Part shown: one piece after another, positions 37,009 to 46,514 of the stretch | How the letters are laid out: the number at the start of each line of letters is the position of its first letter | How positions within the stretch are numbered: position 1 is the stretch's first letter | Assembly: GCA_963725665.1 (NCBI GenBank) | Contig: CAVRZA010000001.1 | Span: 128,001-192,000 of the forward strand | DNA: 64,000 bases | Reading direction: 5' to 3' | Source: an uncultured Actinomycetes bacterium | GTDB taxonomy: Bacteria; Actinomycetota; Thermoleophilia; UBA2241 | Program-made: the position numbers and the translations under genes | The notes under the pieces: model-generated | Database searches by the model: none | What the model saw: the letters and a program-made list of their open reading frames with translations, nothing else | What the model was told of the DNA's origin: nothing

Positions 37009-38667
37009 ATGTCAGAGAACGAGCACGATTTCCCGTTCGACTATCTCGGGAGGCCCTACACTCGTCGGCAAGTGCTCAAAGGGGCGCTGGTAGCCGGCGC
37101 AGGTGTAAGTCTGGGATCGCTTCTTGCGGCTTGTGGAGGCGGCACGACGACCACCACATCCGCCTCCTCCAGCGCCAGCCCCGGCTTCACCTCGGCGACT
37201 CCCAAGAAGGGCGGCACTCTCGTCTACGCCCGTCGTGCCGCCACTTTGACGCTCGACCCCCTGCAGAACCGCAACGGCAACGGCGACATCTTCGCGGCTG
37301 AGATCGTCTACAACGCTCTCGTCCGCCCCGACCCCAAGGGCTCCACCGCCCTCGTCGCCGGCCTTTCCGATCAGTGGACACTCTCCGCCGATCGCCTGGA
37401 CTACACCTTCCACATTCGGGACAACGCCCGCTTCTCCAACGGAGATCCCGTCACTGGCGACGACGTCAAGTTCTCTCTGGACCGTTTTGGCGACCCGAAG
37501 CTCAATGCCATCTACGGGGTGCTGGCCGTGGGCTACAAAGGCACCGAGGTGGTGGACAAGTCCACCGTCATCGTGCACCTAAGCAAGCCCGTATCGGCCT
37601 TCCTCTACAACATCAGCATCCTGCCGGCCTTCATCCTTCCTAAGAAGCTGGTCGAAGCGCAGGGCGAGAAGTTCTTCAAGAAGCCAGTCGGGACGGGGCC
37701 ATACGTCGTCAGCGAGTGGCTATCCGGTTCGCACATCACCTTCGTTCCCAACCAGTACTACTGGGAGTCCGGGAAGCCCTACCTCGACCAGATTCGTTTC
37801 GACTTCACCACCGACGACAACGCGCGGATGCTGGCGCTGCAGAGCGGGCAAGCGCAGGCAGCCGACGGGGTTCCCTTCTCGGAGATCAGCAGTCTGAAGA
37901 GCGACACCGCGGTCTACCTGCAGTTCACCACCGTGCCCTACTTCCAGGGGCTCTGGCTCAATCACAAACGGCCCCAGTTGGCCGACCTCAACGTGCGCCA
38001 GGCATTGCAGTATGCGGTTGACAAGGAGGCCATCAACAAGACGGTGTACGCCGGCACGGGGACCATCCCGAACAGTGTCTTGCCGGCGCTGCGTTATGAC
38101 GCCTCGCCGCAGCAGGTGCAGCCTTACCCCTACGATCTCACGAAGGCGAAGCAGTTGATGGCGCAGTCGGGGTACCCCAACGGCTTCAAGACGACGCTGC
38201 AGTACCCGTCTGGATTTGCCTACTACAATCGCTTGGCGCTCATCCTTCAGGCCGCGTGGCAGCAGATTGGCGTCAACGTCAAACTGATCCAGCAGGACCA
38301 GGGGACGACCTCGCAGCGCTTCTACCAGATGGACTACGACCTGACGTTCCCTTACGCCCAGTTCACAAGTGACGTGGTCGTACCGGACGAGTACATCTCC
38401 TTCATCTGTGATCCCACGAGTGGCACGAACGGCTTCTTCACTGGCTGGCACGACGATGCCATCTGGAAGAAGGTCCAGGAGTTCGAGAGTGCCGATGAGG
38501 CGGCGAGGGCGACTCTTTGGCCGCAGATACAGAAGGCCATGATGGAACAGACGCCTGTGGTCAACATCATGAATCTGCCTTTCATCCAGGCCTACGGGTC
38601 TAACGTCCGAGACCCGTACATCAATGCGCTCGGTGCTAACCGGCTCGAGGACACCTGGCTCGCTTAA
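37009..38667 (+). CDS. ABC substrate-binding Tat-lipoprotein, family 5
   Basis: YTRRQVLKG, LLAAC, FSNGDPVTGDDVKFS. Confidence 0.93.
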   Translation: MSENEHDFPFDYLGRPYTRRQVLKGALVAGAGVSLGSLLAACGGGTTTTTSASSSASPGFTSATPKKGGTLVYARRAATLTLDPLQNRNGNGDIFAAEIVYNALVRPDPKGSTALVAGLSDQWTLSADRLDYTFHIRDNARFSNGDPVTGDDVKFSLDRFGDPKLNAIYGVLAVGYKGTEVVDKSTVIVHLSKPVSAFLYNISILPAFILPKKLVEAQGEKFFKKPVGTGPYVVSEWLSGSHITFVPNQYYWESGKPYLDQIRFDFTTDDNARMLALQSGQAQAADGVPFSEISSLKSDTAVYLQFTTVPYFQGLWLNHKRPQLADLNVRQALQYAVDKEAINKTVYAGTGTIPNSVLPALRYDASPQQVQPYPYDLTKAKQLMAQSGYPNGFKTTLQYPSGFAYYNRLALILQAAWQQIGVNVKLIQQDQGTTSQRFYQMDYDLTFPYAQFTSDVVVPDEYISFICDPTSGTNGFFTGWHDDAIWKKVQEFESADEAARATLWPQIQKAMMEQTPVVNIMNLPFIQAYGSNVRDPYINALGANRLEDTWLA

Positions 38668-38704
38668 GGACTGAGAGGCTTCGCCCGCTGGCTTCGGAGA
38701 ACAC

Positions 38705-39644
38705 GTGGCCTGGTATTTTCTGCGTCGGCTGATCGCGGCCGTGCCGGTCCTCATCGGCCTGTCGATCGCGGCCTTCCTGATCATCCATCTCGTGCCGGGT
38801 GATCCTGTGCAGCAGATGTTGGGCGCCCACGCCACTCCGGAAACGGTCGCTGTGGTGCGTCAGCAGCTCGGCCTCGATCGCCCCCTGCCGGAGCAGTACG
38901 CCAAGTTCGTGTCAGGCGCGGTCGTGGGCAACTTCGGTGAGTCGATCACCATGAGCCAGCCCGTCAGCACACTCATTGGGCAACGATCGTTCGCGACGTT
39001 CTGGTTGCTCCTCTATGGAGTGTTCGTCGCGCTGGTCATAGCCGTCCCCCTCGCCGTCTGGTCGGCGGTGCGGCGCGACAGGTGGGCAGACCAGGCAATT
39101 CGTCTCTTCAGCACCACCGCCTTCGGCATGCCCACCTTCTGGCTGGGGCTCGTTCTCGCCCTCATCTTCGGGCTCGAGTTGGACTGGCTGCCGGTGGGCG
39201 GCTACACCAATTCGTTTCCGGGGCTCTTCTACAGTCTCACCCTCCCGGCCATCACGCTGGGACTGTCCTTGACCGCCATCATCATCCGGACCTTGCGCTC
39301 AAGCCTGCTCGAATCACTGTCCAGCGATTACGTGGAAGCCGCTCGCGCTCGCGGTCTTTCGGAGCGGCGTGTTGTGCTGCGCTACGGGCTTCGGAACTCG
39401 TTGGGCGCGATGGTGACCGTCGTCGCCGTCAACATCGGCTACTTGATCGGCGGCACTGTCGTCATCGAGACCGTCTTCCAGATTCCGGGCCTCGGCTCCC
39501 TCCTGGTCCAGTCGGCGCTACAACGCGACTACACGCTCGTCACCGCCCTGACTCTTGTCGCGGGTGTCGCAGTCGTTGCGATCAGCCTTCGTTACCGATC
39601 TCATCTACGCCTTCCTCGACCCCAGAGTAAGGCTCAGCGGATGA
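38705..39644 (+). CDS. ABC permease DppB-like; a +1 frameshift near 39588 creates an apparent fusion to DppC
   Basis: The expected C-terminus VTDLIYAFLDPRVRLSG* lies in the shifted frame and ends in an ATGA overlap at 39641-39644. Confidence 0.85.
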
Positions 39645-40510
39645 CTGAGGTGCAAACGACAGTCAGGGCGCTTCCCGGCAGCTTTCGCATGGGCCGACTC
39701 GTTCAATCGACGGGTCTTTCGGCAACCATCGGCGGCCTTCTGCTGGTCATCATCGTGGCGGCTGCCCTCCTGGCGCCGGTGATCGCACCCTACCCACCGA
39801 ACAAACTGGACGTCCTGCACACACTGCAGGCCCCTTCCTGGGCCCATCTCATGGGCACCGACGACGTGGGCCGAGACGTCTTCTCGCGCGTCCTCTACGG
39901 GGTCCGTTTGGACCTGCTGGTGGTGCTCCTGGTGACGTATCTGCCGCTGCCGATCGGTGTGCTGCTTGGCGCGATTGCTGGCTATTTCCGCGGCCCTACC
40001 GACACCGTCATCAGCCGTCTGGTCGACGTTGTCATCGCATTCCCGTTCCTCGTCCTGGTGATAGCGGTCGTAGCAATCACGGGGCCCGGCCTTTGGGGTG
40101 CGGCAGTAGGTATCATCGTGGGTGGCTGGGCGATGTACGCGCGGCTGGCTCGCGGCGAGATGCTGGTCCTGCGAGAACAGCAATTCATGCTCGCGGCACG
40201 GTCGCTGGGCTACTCTCACACCCGGTCTATCGTGCGCCACGCCCTGCCCAACCTGCTTCGCTCAAGCATCGTCTTCTCCGCCGCTGACATTGTCATCAAT
40301 CTGCTGCTACTCGCCGGGCTCTCGTTCCTTGGCCTCGGTGTGCAGCCCCCGACGGCTGAGCTGGGGGCCATCGTCGCGTCGGGGCAGCCCTATCTGCTCA
40401 CCGCGTGGTGGATCGCGACTCTGCCTGGCCTTGTGCTGGTCCTCATTGGGCTTGCTGTCAGCATGGTGGGCGACGCGATCGGCGATCGCTGGGGTATGGG
40501 TAATGGCTGA
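39641..40510 (+). CDS. ABC permease DppC-like
   Basis: HLMGTDDVGRDVFSRVLYG, RHALPN, LGLGVQPPTAELG. Confidence 0.9.
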   Translation: MTEVQTTVRALPGSFRMGRLVQSTGLSATIGGLLLVIIVAAALLAPVIAPYPPNKLDVLHTLQAPSWAHLMGTDDVGRDVFSRVLYGVRLDLLVVLLVTYLPLPIGVLLGAIAGYFRGPTDTVISRLVDVVIAFPFLVLVIAVVAITGPGLWGAAVGIIVGGWAMYARLARGEMLVLREQQFMLAARSLGYSHTRSIVRHALPNLLRSSIVFSAADIVINLLLLAGLSFLGLGVQPPTAELGAIVASGQPYLLTAWWIATLPGLVLVLIGLAVSMVGDAIGDRWGMGNG

Positions 40511-41519
40511 GCCTCTCCAGTCGCCTTCAGAGGCCGTACTTCTCGAGATCCGTGGCCTGCGCGTCTCCTTCAACCCCGGCGAGAGCCGCGTTGTCGCAGT
40601 CCACGACGTCGATCTGACCGTTGCTGCCGGCAAGACCTTGGGTCTTGTCGGGGAGTCCGGGTCGGGCAAGACAATGACTCTGCGCTCCGTCATCCGTCTC
40701 CTGCCGCGCGCGGCTGTCGTTGAGAGCGGTGAAGTGCTGTTCGAGGGGGTGGATGTCTTCGGTCTGCGCAGGGAGGATTTGCGGGAGCTTCGGGCGCGGG
40801 GGATCGGAACCGTATTTCAGGATCCGTACAGTTCGCTAAACCCAGTGGCGCGCATCGGAGAGCAGCTGGCAGAAGCGCTTCGCGTCAACCTTGGGCTGAC
40901 GCAACGAGAGGCCGAGCTACGAGCTATCGAGGCTTTGCGTCACGTGGGCATCCCTCAGGCAGAAAAGCGCTTCCGCTCCTACCCTCATGAACTGAGCGGA
41001 GGGATGCGTCAGAGGGTGATGTTTGCCATCGCCACGGCCGCTCGCCCTCGTCTGCTGCTTGCGGACGAACCAACGACTGCTCTCGATGTGACTACCCAGG
41101 CACAGATCCTCGCGCTTCTGGCCCGCCTGCGTGAGGAGACCGGCATGGCGACTGTGCTTGTGTCGCACGATTTCGGGGTTATTGCCCAAGCGTGCGACAC
41201 GGTCGCGGTCATGTACGCAGGCTACATAGTCGAGCGTGCACCCATTCGCGAGGCCTACCGGCGTCCCCATCATCCCTACACCCGGGGACTACTAGATTCG
41301 ATCCCGAGCATCATCCCGCCCTCCGGAGCTGAAGACGCTCGCCTCAGCACCATTCCGGGACAGCCCCCTGACCTGGCAGCCCTGCCTTCAGGCTGTCCCT
41401 TCCAGCCCCGTTGCCCTCATGCTCGTCCCGAATGCGAGGGAGTGGACATGAGACTCGAGCGCGTCGACGGCGACCACTTCACCGCCTGCCCCTTTGTCAG
41501 GAGTTGGGATGCCACCTGA
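40503..41519 (+). CDS. ABC ATPase DppD-like
   Basis: [32 protein letters not shown]. Confidence 0.92.
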   Translation: MAEPLQSPSEAVLLEIRGLRVSFNPGESRVVAVHDVDLTVAAGKTLGLVGESGSGKTMTLRSVIRLLPRAAVVESGEVLFEGVDVFGLRREDLRELRARGIGTVFQDPYSSLNPVARIGEQLAEALRVNLGLTQREAELRAIEALRHVGIPQAEKRFRSYPHELSGGMRQRVMFAIATAARPRLLLADEPTTALDVTTQAQILALLARLREETGMATVLVSHDFGVIAQACDTVAVMYAGYIVERAPIREAYRRPHHPYTRGLLDSIPSIIPPSGAEDARLSTIPGQPPDLAALPSGCPFQPRCPHARPECEGVDMRLERVDGDHFTACPFVRSWDAT

Positions 41520-42456
41520 AGGCAGCGCAGAACCTCGTTTCGACGGGCCACGCGAAGAGCGGGGACCGTTGCTCGTGGTCAAGGGTCTGCGCAAGGAGTT
41601 CCTGCTGCGGCGGTCGGTAGGCGACTGGATCAAGCGAGCGCAGGCCGAGCGAGTGGCGGCAGTGCAGGATTTCTCGTTTGCCCTGCGGCGGGGTGAGACC
41701 CTGGGCATCGCCGGGGAGTCGGGCAGCGGCAAGACAACCGCAGTCCGCTGCCTCATCCGCCTGGTGGAACCCGATGCCGGCGAGATCTCTTTTGACGGCA
41801 TCGATGTGCGCACCGCCTCGGGCAGCGCATTGCGAGACGTGAGGCGCAGGATGCAGATGGTCTTTCAGGATCCCTACGCCTCCCTGAACCCACGTATGCG
41901 CGTCGGTGATGCGATAGTGGAAGCGGGGCGAGTGCACCATCGCCCTGGGAGCGAGGACACAAAGGCATTCCAGACAAGCCTGCTCGAGCTGGTCAACCTA
42001 CCATCGAGTGTCGCACAGAAACGTCCGCGCGAGCTGAGCGGCGGGCAGCGGCAGCGCATAGCCATAGCGCGAGCGCTTGCCGTCGGACCCGAGATACTGA
42101 TCGCGGACGAGGCTCTGAGCGCGCTCGACGTATCGGTCCAGGCGCAGTTGCTGAACCTCTTCCAGGACCTCAAGTCCGAGCTCGGCCTGACCATGATCTT
42201 CGTTGCGCACCAGCTCTCGATAATCGCCCAGACTGCTGATCAAGTGGCGATCATGTACCGGGGGGAAGTGGTCGAGCAGGGATCGGTCGGCGACATCTTC
42301 CGCGACCCTCAGCATCCCTACACGAGGTCGCTTCTGGCAGCCCACCCCCAGCCCGATCCCGACAAGCGACTTGCCGTTCGATTCGAGGACGACTGGACGA
42401 GACCGGCTTGGAAATTAGAGAAGACAAACGGCGCGAATGGCGGAGGCCTGCAGTGA
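41509..42456 (+). CDS. ABC ATPase DppF-like
   Basis: GESGSGKTT, LSGGQRQR, DEALSALD, PQHPYTR. Confidence 0.92.
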   Translation: MPPEGSAEPRFDGPREERGPLLVVKGLRKEFLLRRSVGDWIKRAQAERVAAVQDFSFALRRGETLGIAGESGSGKTTAVRCLIRLVEPDAGEISFDGIDVRTASGSALRDVRRRMQMVFQDPYASLNPRMRVGDAIVEAGRVHHRPGSEDTKAFQTSLLELVNLPSSVAQKRPRELSGGQRQRIAIARALAVGPEILIADEALSALDVSVQAQLLNLFQDLKSELGLTMIFVAHQLSIIAQTADQVAIMYRGEVVEQGSVGDIFRDPQHPYTRSLLAAHPQPDPDKRLAVRFEDDWTRPAWKLEKTNGANGGGLQ

Positions 42457-43769
42457 GCGAAGACGTGAATCTCGACCAGGGTGTGTCAGAGCAACTGTAT
42501 GCTCGGGCTCTCAAGGTCATCCCCGCAGGTGTAAGCACCGACTACCGGCACGGAACCACCCCCACCTACTGGGCGGCGGCCAGCGGCTCCCACATGCGCG
42601 ACGTGGACGGCAATGACTACATCGACTACCTCTTGGGTCTCGGGCCTCACATTCTGGGGCACGCCCCGGATCCCGTTGTCCGCGCCGTGGCTGAATCCCT
42701 GGCTGACGGTCAGCTCTTCGCGGGCCAGCATCCCCGTGAGCTCGAGTTGGCCGAGCTGATCTGCAGCATAATCCCGAGCGCCGAACGCGTTCGCTTCTTG
42801 ATGACCGGAACCGAAGCTGTCGCGTTGGCGCTTCGCTTGGCTAGAGCGGCCACCGGTCGGCCCCTGATCGTCAAGTTCGAGGGCCACTACCACGGCTGGC
42901 AGGACGGCATCTTCGTCGGCTCCCATCCTGGTTACTACGGTCGAGGCTTCCCCGAGCAGAACGCAAAGTGGCCCGAATCAGGAGGCCAGCTCCCGAGCGC
43001 CTACGAGAATGTTGTCCTGCTTCCATGGAACGACGCTGCCGCGCTTGAGGCGTTCCTTGGCGCCCGCCTCGATGAAGTGGCCGGCGTCATCATGGAACCC
43101 GCCATGTGTAACTCCGCGGTGATCGAACCCAAGGACGGATATCTGGCCTCTGTTCGTAAGGCCTGCAATCGCTTCGGTTGCATCCTGATCTTTGACGAGA
43201 TCATCACTGGCTTCCGCGTGGGGCTCACGGGCGCCCAAGGGCACTACGGAGTCAGGCCGGACTTGACGACGTTCGGAAAGGCGATCGGGGGTGGATTCCC
43301 CATCTCATGTGTCGCCGGGCAGGCCGAAGTCATGGACCTTCTGGGGGATCCTCGGGTGACGAGAGATCATCCCTTGCCCATGCATGGGGGCACCTTCAAC
43401 AGCAACCTCCAGGCCGTGGTTGCGAGTCTCACCGCATTGCAGATCCTTCAGCGTCCCGAGACTTATCTACACCTGGACCACTTGGGCGCAACGCTTATGG
43501 AGGGGATGGATGAGCTCCTGACTGAGTCTGGAGTGCCACACGTCGTCCAGGGGTTCCCAACGGCCTTCTACGTCGACTTCAGCGACAGTGCTCCCCAGTC
43601 TCTTCGTGACATCGTGAGCCACGACCACCGCGCCTATCATGAGTTCGTGCGGAAGCTGAAGACGCGCGGTATCCTCACCCATCCGCGCGGCGTCTGGTAT
43701 CTGTCCACCGCGCATACCGAGGACGACATCGAGAGAACCCTGGATGCGTGTCGCGCTTCTCTCGCATGA
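42453..43769 (+). CDS. Class III aminotransferase, glutamate-1-semialdehyde aminomutase-like
   Basis: DVDGNDYIDY, KFEGHYHG, FDEIITGFR, TFGKAIGGGFP, HGGTFNSN. Confidence 0.9.
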   Translation: MSEDVNLDQGVSEQLYARALKVIPAGVSTDYRHGTTPTYWAAASGSHMRDVDGNDYIDYLLGLGPHILGHAPDPVVRAVAESLADGQLFAGQHPRELELAELICSIIPSAERVRFLMTGTEAVALALRLARAATGRPLIVKFEGHYHGWQDGIFVGSHPGYYGRGFPEQNAKWPESGGQLPSAYENVVLLPWNDAAALEAFLGARLDEVAGVIMEPAMCNSAVIEPKDGYLASVRKACNRFGCILIFDEIITGFRVGLTGAQGHYGVRPDLTTFGKAIGGGFPISCVAGQAEVMDLLGDPRVTRDHPLPMHGGTFNSNLQAVVASLTALQILQRPETYLHLDHLGATLMEGMDELLTESGVPHVVQGFPTAFYVDFSDSAPQSLRDIVSHDHRAYHEFVRKLKTRGILTHPRGVWYLSTAHTEDDIERTLDACRASLA

Positions 43770-44645
43770 GCGCCGAGGCCTCCGGTCTTGGCTCCTCCTT
43801 TGGAGCTCACGTATACCTTTGGGCCTCCGGTTCAAGCACCACGGAGCTTGACAGGGCGATTGGAGCAGCGGCGAGACTTGGCCTCGACTTCGTCCAGGTT
43901 TCGTTGTCGTCGCTTGACCTGGACCTGTCGGCTGTCAGGGCGTCGCTGGAGAGACACGGCATCGCATGTCTGAGCGGGCTGGCTGTTCCTCCTGGGGTGT
44001 GGTCGCTCCGCCGCGAGGGAGCCTTGCGCCGCTACCTCAAGGAGGCGCTAGAGGCCACGGCCAGACTCGACTGTGGAATCCTCAGCGGCGCACTCTATAC
44101 GCCAATGGGCGAGAAGAGCGACCCGAGCGAGCGACGAGGGGAGCTGAAGCTGCATCCGTGACGAACTGAAGCAGGCTGCTCAGTATGCTTCGACACTCGG
44201 TGTCAGGCTCGGGCTCGAACCCCTCAACCGCTATGAGACATCGCTGCTCAACACCTGTGAGCAGGTGTTGGACTTGATTGCCGAAGTAGACGAACCGAAC
44301 CTATTCGTCCACTTGGACACGTTCCACATGAACATCGAGGAGACGGACATCTACTCTGCCATCAGCCTCTCAAAAGGAAGACTCGGCTATGTGCAGCTTT
44401 CGGAATCGGATCGGGGCGTCCCCGGCGACGGTCATATCCACTGGGAGACCGTGTTCGAAGGGCTGCGTGATGCTGACTACCGGGGCCCACTTGCCTTTGA
44501 GTCATTCACCATCGACAACGCCGTTCTGGCAAAAGCGGCCTGTCTCTGGCGAGACGTCGTTGGCGACCCGGACTCGTTCGTCATACGCGGTCGTGCAAAG
44601 ATGCGTGCCATTGCCGAGAAGGTCGGGTACGAATTCCCGGAGTGA
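43766..44645 (+). CDS. D-psicose/D-tagatose 3-epimerase family (xylose isomerase-like TIM barrel), frameshifted near 44150
   Basis: ATGA overlap start; the shifted frame continues CIRDELKQAA...LGLEPLNRYE, HLDTFHMNIEE, SESDRGVPGDG, AFESF. Confidence 0.85.
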
Positions 44646-44681
44646 CTCTCTCCGGCTAGGTGGCTGTCTTGGTTCAGATAG

Positions 44682-45025
44682 TCAGTGCACCAGGTCTTCC
44701 TGTTCCAGCGGATCTGCCCGGCACCTACACGCTCGACTTCCAGTTGAAGCGCGAGTGGGAACCCGTCGTTCGGAGGAACGACACGTGGTCATCCAGATCG
44801 ACCCCGCGACGCCGTCGATGAGGACGAGGCGTCTTCGCGGTCGCCAGCCGACTTACGGGCGGTGCCGGTAGGCCCGAGGGGGCGCCGGACCCTTGAGCCG
44901 TCAGGCGGGCAGAGCGCCAGAGGCAGCGCACGAAGTTGCGCACGATGGTCGTGCAGGAGAGACACTGAGCCGCCAACGATCCGCACTCTATCCGGCGCAG
45001 ATCGTGCTCGAAGCGGGATTCTCGC
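44682..45025 (+). repeat. Direct repeat copy B (degenerate chagasin and GATase 3' ends)
   Basis: Collinear with 34556-34692 plus 34873-35087, with multiple substitutions and indels. Confidence 0.9.
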
Positions 45026-45106
45026 CCCTCCAAGGGCCGGGGAACGCCTCGCTGAGGTGTAGGGTTCGGAGCGAGACCTACAACGTGGACTGCCGTGTAG
45101 GGGGGA

Positions 45107-46384
45107 ATGGCCAGCCCTTTTGCGGCGAGTAGCGGAGGTAAGGGCACGGGCGAGCAGGTGGACGTTGTTGTGATCGGCGCCGGGCAGGCGGGGCTGGCCA
45201 CAAGCCACGAGCTGACCCGGGCCGGCGTCGAGCACCTGGTTCTTGAGCGTAGGCGCATTGGCGAGACGTGGCGAGGCCGCTGGGAGAGCTTCTGCCTGGT
45301 CACACCCAACTGGAGCGTGCAGCTCCCAGGGCGCGGCTACGACGGTGACGACCCAGACGGCTACATGCCCCGGGACGAGATCGTCGCCTACCTCGAGCGC
45401 TATGCGGCCACCTTCACGGCGCCGGTCCGCGAGGGGGTCGAGGTGAAGTCGCTCAGACGGCTCGCGGGCGAGGACGGCTATCTCCTCGATGCCTCAGGCG
45501 GTCCGCTTGAGGCACGGACCGTTGTCGTGGCTACCGGCGCTTATCAGAAGCCCCATCGCCCGGTTGGGGCCTCGTCCCTTCCTGCGGGACTCCTCCAGAT
45601 CGACGTCGAGGAGTACCGCTCGCCCACGTCGCTGCCGGAGGGCAAGGTGCTCGTCGTGGGCAGCGGGCAGTCGGGCTGCCAGCTTGCTGAGGAACTGCAC
45701 GAGTCTGGGCGCGAGGTGTACCTGTCCTGCGGTCGTGCGCCCTGGGTCCCGCGACGGCTGGGCGGTCGCGATATCGTGTGGTGGCTCGTCGAGTCGGGGA
45801 TCTTCGACCAGCCCGTTGATTCCCTGCAGTCGCCGACCGCGAGACTCATCTCAAACCCGCTCGCAACTGGCCACGGCGGCGGCCACGATCTGCACCTGCG
45901 CACACTTCAGGCGATGGGGGTCACGCTCACCGGACACTTCCTAGACGCGACGGGGCGCGAGGCGAGGTTCGCGCCGGATCTGGCGGAGAGCCTCGCCTGG
46001 GGGGACGCGCGCTACCGCGAGTTCATGGACGTCTTCCGCAAGCTCGCGGCGGAGCGCGGTCTCGAGCCGCCGGAGGTCAGCGAGCCCGGTCCCTTCGACG
46101 CTCGAGCGCCCGAACGACTCGACCTCTCCGGCCTCGGCGCCGTGATCTTCGCCGGCGGCTTCCGCCCCGACTACCGCTCCTGGCTCCCGTGGACAGACGC
46201 GTTCGACGACCTCGGCTTTCCCCTGCAGCGAGACGGCGTGAGCACCAACATCCCCGGGCTGTACTTTGTCGGCGTCCACTTCCTGCGAAAGCGCAAATCA
46301 TCGCTGCTGTACGGCGTAGGAGAAGATGCCCATATCGTCGCGGACACGATTGCCGACCGCATGAGGAGGGCTCACACGGCCTAG
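45107..46384 (+). CDS. Flavin-dependent oxidoreductase (FMO/TrkA-like)
   Basis: VVIGAGQAGL, VVATGAYQ, VVGSGQSGCQLAEEL, GLYFVG. Confidence 0.9.
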   Translation: MASPFAASSGGKGTGEQVDVVVIGAGQAGLATSHELTRAGVEHLVLERRRIGETWRGRWESFCLVTPNWSVQLPGRGYDGDDPDGYMPRDEIVAYLERYAATFTAPVREGVEVKSLRRLAGEDGYLLDASGGPLEARTVVVATGAYQKPHRPVGASSLPAGLLQIDVEEYRSPTSLPEGKVLVVGSGQSGCQLAEELHESGREVYLSCGRAPWVPRRLGGRDIVWWLVESGIFDQPVDSLQSPTARLISNPLATGHGGGHDLHLRTLQAMGVTLTGHFLDATGREARFAPDLAESLAWGDARYREFMDVFRKLAAERGLEPPEVSEPGPFDARAPERLDLSGLGAVIFAGGFRPDYRSWLPWTDAFDDLGFPLQRDGVSTNIPGLYFVGVHFLRKRKSSLLYGVGEDAHIVADTIADRMRRAHTA

Positions 46385-46461
46385 TCCAAGGCCGTGCAAA
46401 GCGCGTCCATTCACTTTCCTGCCGGACGCTTCACCCCAAGGGAGAATCCTGCTGCCCAGGT

Positions 46462-46491
46462 CGTTGCCGGCCCTAACGTTGCCGGCCCTAA
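46462..46491 (+). repeat. 15-bp perfect tandem duplication
   Basis: cgttgccggccctaa x2. Confidence 0.8.
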
Positions 46492-46514
46492 CGAAGGCCC
46501 GCCCGACAGCCCGC

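Noticed and set aside
38705-40510. Genuine fused DppB-DppC permease of 601 aa
   Set aside because: The normal DppB C-terminus and an ATGA coupling site exist in the shifted frame; one extra base explains the fusion.
28116-46491. Integron attC sites suggested by scattered (G/C)CTAAC motifs at 28116, 33275 and 46471
   Set aside because: I found no matching GTTRRRY ends with attC-like hairpins, no cassette periodicity and no IntI.
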